A stretch of 64,000 nt of DNA from an uncultured Aquimarina sp. (GTDB lineage: Bacteria; Bacteroidota; Bacteroidia; Flavobacteriales; Flavobacteriaceae). Below the pieces are notes generated by a model. It was not told where the DNA came from, made no database searches, and saw only the letters and a list, made by a program, of their open reading frames with translations. The stretch is from positions 19,547 to 83,546 of the forward strand of contig CANMLG010000007.1 in NCBI GenBank assembly GCA_947498765.1. Reading direction: 5' to 3'. Shown here in pieces: positions 58,964 through 64,000 of this stretch; position 1 is the stretch's first letter; the number at the start of each line of letters is the position of its first letter. Made by a program: the position numbers and the translations under genes.

Positions 58964-60235
58964 TTATTCTGACTTTTGTATAATAAATAAGCCTTGCGTA
59001 GTATCATTAAAAATAATAGTACCACTTTTAAAAAAAGGGTAGACACTCCAGACACCACCAAAAGAAGCCTGGTTTGAAGTAGGAACGCTATCAAAAAAAC
59101 CTACCTCAGTCATGTTTTTATTAGCTACATCACTTACGTCAATTATACGTACTCCTGCGTGGTAGTTTGCTAAATAAAATAGATTTCCTTTTACATAACC
59201 ATTATGATCAATGGCATTTGTAGGGCCTAAATATTCCATGTGAATTTTAGGCGTATCCAAATCCGTAAAATCAAATACAATGGTTCGTGATTTAAACCCA
59301 AAATCTTGCTCATCCAACTCATCACCAAGCAAAAAATAGGTTTGATCCTCGGTAAACCACCCTTGATGCGTATATCCAAAATTATTATATCTAATTTCTG
59401 AAATTTTTATTGGGTTATTCTTATCGGTAACATCAACAATTACTACTTCATCTTCATTACTACCTACATAAATTTCTTTTCCTTGATAATCAGCATCAGG
59501 TCCGTTATAAGTTACTACTTGCGCATCATGCGAATATCCATCGGCGGCATATCCGCCAACCCCTACAGGTGATTTTGGATTTGTTACATCAATAAAAACA
59601 GCACCTCCTCCAAAAATACTTCTATCAGTTCCGTTAATATAAGCATAACTTTTAGATTCATTGATTACTATATTATGTGCGTTTCCAAACTCATTAAAAG
59701 TAGTATCGGCACTAAAAGTCGAACCAACAGAAGCACTTCGTAATCTAGTTAAATCAAAAACTTGCATACCATGATTATCTGCTTCGCTAACTATAAATGC
59801 ATGATCTCCGTATACCTTAATGTCACGCCAAGTACTGTTTTCGGTTGCGGTTGGTAATACTCCAATTACTATTGGTTCCAATGGGTTAGAAACATCTACA
59901 AACGATGTGCCAGAGCCTCCTCCTACAATGGCATACTCCTTTTGTGTTGTATCATCAGTCCAGCCCCAAATATCATTACCAAAAGGTTCGTTTTCATTAA
60001 AACCGAGATTTTTTAAGGATACATTGGCCATTAAATCATAGTCATTACAAGGGTAAATACCTGCAAAACCATTTTCACAAATTATTCGTTCAGCTTTTAT
60101 AGGTGTTGGGTTGTCAACATCAATAGAAGATGAATTTTTAAAACTAACATCATCATCACTTTTGCAACCATACATCATTAACAAAAATAAAAGGAGTATA
60201 GACTTATGAGAAAAAAAACTATGCTTACATATCAT
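58964..60235 (-). CDS. Choice-of-anchor B family (LVIVD-repeat) lipoprotein
   Basis: GNDIWGW, WRDIKVY, AHNIVIN, YSHDAQ, YTHQGW and IDHNGY motifs; lipobox YGC. Confidence 0.8.
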   Translation of the reverse strand: MICKHSFFSHKSILLLFLLMMYGCKSDDDVSFKNSSSIDVDNPTPIKAERIICENGFAGIYPCNDYDLMANVSLKNLGFNENEPFGNDIWGWTDDTTQKEYAIVGGGSGTSFVDVSNPLEPIVIGVLPTATENSTWRDIKVYGDHAFIVSEADNHGMQVFDLTRLRSASVGSTFSADTTFNEFGNAHNIVINESKSYAYINGTDRSIFGGGAVFIDVTNPKSPVGVGGYAADGYSHDAQVVTYNGPDADYQGKEIYVGSNEDEVVIVDVTDKNNPIKISEIRYNNFGYTHQGWFTEDQTYFLLGDELDEQDFGFKSRTIVFDFTDLDTPKIHMEYLGPTNAIDHNGYVKGNLFYLANYHAGVRIIDVSDVANKNMTEVGFFDSVPTSNQASFGGVWSVYPFFKSGTIIFNDTTQGLFIIQKSE

Positions 60236-60443
60236 AATAACTCATGCTTAATTTTTAACGTAGAAAATTTAAAAGAAATATATAATTAGTCCTTTTTAAC
60301 TTTTCTTACAATTTAGGTATAAATTCTTATAATAAGCAAAGGCTTTTTGTTTTACATGTTATTGTTTGGGTTATATTATTGATTAAGTTTTCCTTTTTTG
60401 AACATATTAAAAGTTGAAAACAAACATAAATGCTTTAGCTGTG

Positions 60444-60494
60444 AAAAAGCCTTTAAAACATAGTGTCTTAAAGGCTTTAACGTGGTTTCACATG
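60444..60494 (-). repeat. Degenerate duplicate of the tRNA 3' end plus terminator (att-like)
   Basis: aaaaagcctttaaaacatagtgtcttaaaggctttaacgtggtttcacatg vs aaaaagcctttaaaacatagtgttttaaaggctttaacgtggccccacatg. Confidence 0.85.
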
Positions 60495-60555
60495 TTTTTC
60501 TTTAAAACAGTGCTATGGAATAATACGGAGTATTATGTGATAATTTTAACTTATC

Positions 60556-62454
60556 TTATTTATTACAATTTTCGCAATACATTTTTCGTAAGTATAAATC
60601 CTCAAGCAATTGAAATGTAATGCCGTGTTCTGTTTTGTAACTATCAAATAATTTACAGAAACGTTTTTTATTCTTATCAAAAGCATTTAGCATAGCTGCT
60701 CTGTAAATATTTGATTCAGTATTCGCACTATTTGTAACCGTTAAATTTAGATAATAAAATAAAAGATCTTCACTGGCATCAATTTTATTGATGCGTTGAT
60801 TTAGCATATTAACAGCATTCTCCTTAAAACCAAAGGTTGCTAGATAATTGGCTAGGTTAAGATAATCACTATCACTAAGGTTTACATTATTGTAAATCCC
60901 ATAGGCTTGTTTTAAACTGCTCTCTCTTAATTTGGTGTCGTTTGATTGTATTGAAAATCTAACATTGGTTAAATGATAATTGATTAAGAGTCTATTTACT
61001 AAAGTTGAAGGAATCCCATAATTTTTTAAATTATGAATATCATTTTTTAGTTTTTTAACATCAATTTTTTTCCAATTGTTATACCAAATTATAAGCTGTG
61101 TGGCGCATATGTTATATTTGATATGTCCATTTTTTGGCAACAATTTTTCTATTTTTTTAAGTTTGTCAAAGGCAATATTTCCAAAACTTTTATTGATTAA
61201 AAAACTAAATGAAACATTTTTATTGGCAAGTTTGGCAAATTCTTTTGAAGCTGGTACTTTAAGTTTTTCAAGGTCCTTAACACCTATTTCATTTCCTTTG
61301 ATGCGTTCAAAAATAGCACTTTGGATCAACTCAGCTTTGTTCAATGATTTTTCTTGTACTGCATTTACAAATAAATTGTACAATACTTCAGAAGTCATTT
61401 CTTTATAAGGATCTTTCTTTTCTAACTCTAGTGATACCAGTGCTTTTCTATGATTTTTCAAATAAGGTTCAAGCTTTTGGTTTGTAGCACCCACTAATTT
61501 GCTTTTTATCTGTTTTTTGGACAAAGAGGTAAATGAAGCATAAGGTGTATTTTCAATATCATTAAAAAATTCCACCCAATTTTCGGTGGTTTCAATACTC
61601 GTTTTAATAGTTGGTTTTTGAAAACTTTGTAGTGCATTAGCGATACTTGAGGCACGTTGGTTTTGCAATTCTAAGTTCCGCTCAGTACTTCCTTCTACGG
61701 AAGAGTAAGCTTTAATGTCAATTGTTTTAATGTCAAAATCAGTAAGGCGCAATGAGTCGTATAAAGGTTTTATATCTACTTCGGAGTAGATGGCCTTGTT
61801 TTTTTCAAAAGGAATAACAAAATCTAAAGTTTTATATTTCATTTTAAAACCTTCCTTAAGTGTTTTTGTTTTGATATCGGAGGTAAAGGTTATGGTATCT
61901 AGAAACATTCCACTATCAATTAATCCTAATTTAGCACCTCTAATATTATACACTCTTGAATAGAAGCAGAAAAAATTATTTCTAATAAAATAGATATTGA
62001 ATTCTAAATCTTTTCCAATTAAATCAGAAGGTACTTTTCCGATAATTGCTCTGTAGCGTCCGTTTTTATGTTTTTTGAGTTTAGGAAGTAGTTTTCCTTT
62101 CCAAACAGGAGGTAATGTCCTGCCAATTAGACCATATTTTGATGCTGGGAGTGTTTCTAAAGCGCAATCATAACGCTCTTTTGATGCGATGTCAATCATA
62201 AAGCCATCTTTTGAACCTTTTAAAAAAGTATTCAACCAATTTTTATCAGTAACTTCAAAAAAGATATTATTATTGGCATCACTATCAGCTCGAAAACTTA
62301 CTGATCTTGGCTTAGATTTTATAGCTTGATTACAAGGTTGACATACATTCCCATCATTACTAGTGGGTATTTTTACACCAAACTGATTTTGTGCAAAAAT
62401 TAAAAATGGAAAAATTAATAAATATAGAAAGAGTAATTTTTTCTGCAGAGGCAT
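60556..62454 (-). CDS. Exported hypothetical protein with a central OmpA-like domain and a helical/TPR-like C-terminus
   Basis: Signal peptide; IPFEKNKA...IDIKAYSSVEGSTERNLELQNQRASSI OmpA-like pattern. Confidence 0.55.
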   Translation of the reverse strand: MPLQKKLLFLYLLIFPFLIFAQNQFGVKIPTSNDGNVCQPCNQAIKSKPRSVSFRADSDANNNIFFEVTDKNWLNTFLKGSKDGFMIDIASKERYDCALETLPASKYGLIGRTLPPVWKGKLLPKLKKHKNGRYRAIIGKVPSDLIGKDLEFNIYFIRNNFFCFYSRVYNIRGAKLGLIDSGMFLDTITFTSDIKTKTLKEGFKMKYKTLDFVIPFEKNKAIYSEVDIKPLYDSLRLTDFDIKTIDIKAYSSVEGSTERNLELQNQRASSIANALQSFQKPTIKTSIETTENWVEFFNDIENTPYASFTSLSKKQIKSKLVGATNQKLEPYLKNHRKALVSLELEKKDPYKEMTSEVLYNLFVNAVQEKSLNKAELIQSAIFERIKGNEIGVKDLEKLKVPASKEFAKLANKNVSFSFLINKSFGNIAFDKLKKIEKLLPKNGHIKYNICATQLIIWYNNWKKIDVKKLKNDIHNLKNYGIPSTLVNRLLINYHLTNVRFSIQSNDTKLRESSLKQAYGIYNNVNLSDSDYLNLANYLATFGFKENAVNMLNQRINKIDASEDLLFYYLNLTVTNSANTESNIYRAAMLNAFDKNKKRFCKLFDSYKTEHGITFQLLEDLYLRKMYCENCNK

Positions 62455-62605
62455 ATTGTTTTTTTAAATAGTGTACAATCTTAAATTTTTCATAAATATA
62501 ATATTCGTAAGGAGATTTATACAATTTTCTCAAAAAGAACTTTACATGTGTTTTATTTCTTTTTAATTGTTGTCTGATTAAAGAAAAAATTTAATAAAGA
62601 TTTAA

Positions 62606-62730
62606 CCCAAATTAAGCATTAGAAAATTTATTACTTTATGAAATCACTTCAAAAACAAACACTTTGTTTCACTTTTCAATTTAACCATAGCGGTGCTATG
62701 ATGAAATTGAGAAAGTACTTGTTTTTATTG
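62606..62730 (-). repeat. 125-bp dispersed hairpin element, copy 2
   Basis: The reverse complement is 113/125 identical to 30199-30323. Confidence 0.9.
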
Positions 62731-62901
62731 AGCTTTAATACTTCATTGAAAAGTTCTAGTGCATAATCCGGGTTTAATATTTTCGGGCAAGGATATTCCT
62801 CAATTGGATAGCTTAATTGCCGATTACAAAGTGCAGCACAACTTAGAGTTTTTCTGCTACTACTGAAAACCTGGAAAGAAACCTTGAAACATTTTCAGAA
62901 G

Positions 62902-62937
62902 AAAAAAGCCTTTAAAACATAGTGTTTTAAAGGCTTT
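62902..62937 (-). terminator. tRNA terminator
   Basis: Perfect 14-bp stem aaagcctttaaaac / gttttaaaggcttt; a T-run follows on the minus strand. Confidence 0.85.
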
Positions 62938-62941
62938 AACG

Positions 62942-63015
62942 TGGCCCCACATGGGCTCGAACCATGGACTTTCTGATTATGAGTCAGATACTCTAACCAG
63001 CTGAGTTATAGGGCC
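62942..63015 (-). tRNA. tRNA with CAT anticodon, most likely tRNA-Ile2 (lysidine type) rather than Met; CCA not encoded
   Basis: GGCCCTATAACTCAGCTGGTTAGAGTATCTGACTCATAATCAGAAAGTCCATGGTTCGAGCCCATGTGGGGCCA folds as a cloverleaf; the GGCCC...GACTCATAATC pattern resembles ileX-type tRNAs. Confidence 0.93.
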
Positions 63016-63054
63016 AGAATTTTTAAAATCACAAGTGATATAAAATTCGGTTTG

Positions 63055-63086
63055 CAAATGTATATAATTAAGCTAATGTGAGCAAA
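63055..63086 (-). promoter_or_regulatory. Consensus Bacteroidota promoter of the tRNA
   Basis: Minus-strand TTTG (63086-63083) - 20 nt - TACATTTG (63062-63055). Confidence 0.75.
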
Positions 63087-63255
63087 ACAAAATGCATAAA
63101 TAATCAAATTATATTTGTTTTGAGTAGAATATGTAATAATACAATAAATACACTTAAACCTTTATAATTGTATTTAAAAGATGTTAAAATAGTATTATTG
63201 TGTAAATTAACACTTTTAAAGTAAGTAAAAACTTATTAATATGTCTTTTTGATTT

Positions 63256-63263
63256 TATCTTTG
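63256..63263 (+). promoter_or_regulatory. -7 box TATCTTTG for the terminal lipoprotein gene
   Basis: Exact TAnnTTTG about 30 nt before ATG 63293. Confidence 0.55.
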
Positions 63264-63292
63264 CCGACTTAAAAAAGTTAGATAGAAGATTT

Positions 63293-64000
63293 ATGAAATT
63301 GAAATATGTATTAAGTGTATTGATTATATCCTTAAGCTTAAGTTGTTCAAAAGAAAGTGGTACAGAGTCTGTAAATACAAAACCTATTTCGACAGATCAA
63401 TCTTTTTTAATAAAAGAAGAATTAACTGAAAATGATGTTGTTGGGGTTGTTGTAGCATCAGATAATGAAGAAGATGCTCTAAGTTATGAGTTAGTTGAAA
63501 AAAATACTCCTTTTGTAGTTGATACCATTACTGGAGAAATTAAATTGATATCGGGCATAGCTAATGAGATAAAATACGAGTTAACAGCAAAGGTAAGTGA
63601 TGGTGATCTGTCTACTACTATTAAAATAGCTATTGAGGTTAATTTTCCAAGTAAGAAAAAAGAAATAGTAACAGCGGATAATAGATTAATTGATGTATTT
63701 AAATTTTTAGCTTTTAAACAAGAAAGAAAGTCGCCAAATAAATATATTAATAAATGGGATGAAGAGATTAGGTTTTTTATATCGGGTGATTTTAATTCAA
63801 ATGACATCAATGTTATTGAAGAATTTATTGAAAAGTTGCAAAGCATTGTTTCGGAATTAAAATTAAAAATAGTGTCATCAAAGGAGGCTTCAAATGTTGA
63901 AATATATTTTAGTAGTATAGAAGCATATAAGCGGGATAGACCAAACTATATTAAAGACTACACACCGACGGACAAAAATTCAGGAAGATCTAAGGTTTTT
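63293..64000 (+). CDS. Lipoprotein with cadherin-like domain followed by a DUF2927-like domain (3'-truncated; absent from the ORF track because it has no stop in the window)
   Basis: MKLKYVLSVLIISLSLSC lipobox; VASDNEEDALSYEL...FVVDTITGEI...LTAKVSDG cadherin motif; KWDEEIRFFI; open to the window end. Confidence 0.75.
   Translation, partial: MKLKYVLSVLIISLSLSCSKESGTESVNTKPISTDQSFLIKEELTENDVVGVVVASDNEEDALSYELVEKNTPFVVDTITGEIKLISGIANEIKYELTAKVSDGDLSTTIKIAIEVNFPSKKKEIVTADNRLIDVFKFLAFKQERKSPNKYINKWDEEIRFFISGDFNSNDINVIEEFIEKLQSIVSELKLKIVSSKEASNVEIYFSSIEAYKRDRPNYIKDYTPTDKNSGRSKVF

Larger units (their letters stand above)
60444..62953. mobile_element. tRNA-anchored genomic islet (2.5 kb) bounded by 51-bp direct repeats
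   Basis: 60444-60494 and 62903-62953 match at 47/51 positions; the right copy includes the tRNA 3' end and its terminator; no integrase inside. Confidence 0.7.

Noticed and set aside
60338-60360. aaaggcttt...acatgtt as a third degenerate att copy
   Set aside because: Too short and gapped to distinguish from chance in AT-rich DNA.
60414-60620. 68-aa ORF over the att-like repeat
   Set aside because: It spans a terminator hairpin and overlaps a convergent gene end; likely spurious.
2618-61408. Many short nested or antisense ORFs in the track (e.g. 2618, 3828, 10131, 14451, 22792, 30540, 39083, 53466, 57619, 61076)
   Set aside because: All lie within well-supported genes on another frame or strand and have no motifs of their own.
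62731-62901. Possible integrase/recombinase remnant next to the tRNA (short frames NPGLIFSGKDIPQLDSLIADYKVQHNL and ATTENLERNLETFSEEKSL)
   Set aside because: No recognisable recombinase motif by eye; a tBLASTx/HMM search would be needed before calling a pseudogene.
63484-63846. 120-aa minus-strand ORF from the track
   Set aside because: It is the antisense shadow of the plus-strand lipoprotein gene starting at 63293.

Overview
An AT-rich chromosomal window from a marine Bacteroidota bacterium (Flavobacteriaceae-like), judged from TAnnTTTG -7 promoter boxes, T9SS C-terminal sorting domains and many lipoproteins. 1-14.9 kb is housekeeping: ileS 3' end, dksA-like, lspA, an orphan receiver, the ygfA/AstE-AspA/rimK/RimB-like operon, uvrC, a patatin-barrel protein, DUF3108, Trp 2,3-dioxygenase, an M23 peptidase and pgi. 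14.9-30 kb holds red-algal galactan genes: two GH86/porphyranase-like T9SS enzymes (one with degenerate active-site motifs, one with 7 tandem ~140-aa repeats) and a lipoprotein formylglycine-generating enzyme, around a nuclease + TonB receptor + DUF5689 block. 30-55.6 kb is the most interesting part. An H-NOX/FIST/two-kinase/receiver/Hpt/LytTR signalling operon is followed by a T9SS adhesin-like protein and a glycan biosynthesis/export cluster (TPR-barrel porin, flippase, GT4, GT2, GT-C-like membrane protein, GH-A hydrolase). Four of these promoters share a 21-bp-periodic repeat (consensus about CCAYTCRYCGAW) whose last CGA core lies 32-33 bp upstream of the -7 box, which points to one LytTR regulon. 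An Mrr-like nuclease gene and a PIN toxin-antitoxin pair sit at the cluster's convergent junctions. 55.7-64 kb holds an MbnP/MbnH-like lipoprotein operon, a 2.5-kb islet bounded by a duplicated tRNA(CAT) 3' end plus terminator, the tRNA itself, and a lipoprotein gene cut by the window edge. A 125-bp hairpin element occurs twice, 32 kb apart. No CRISPR array, rRNA, transposase or integrase was seen. All family assignments come from motif recognition by eye, not database searches.
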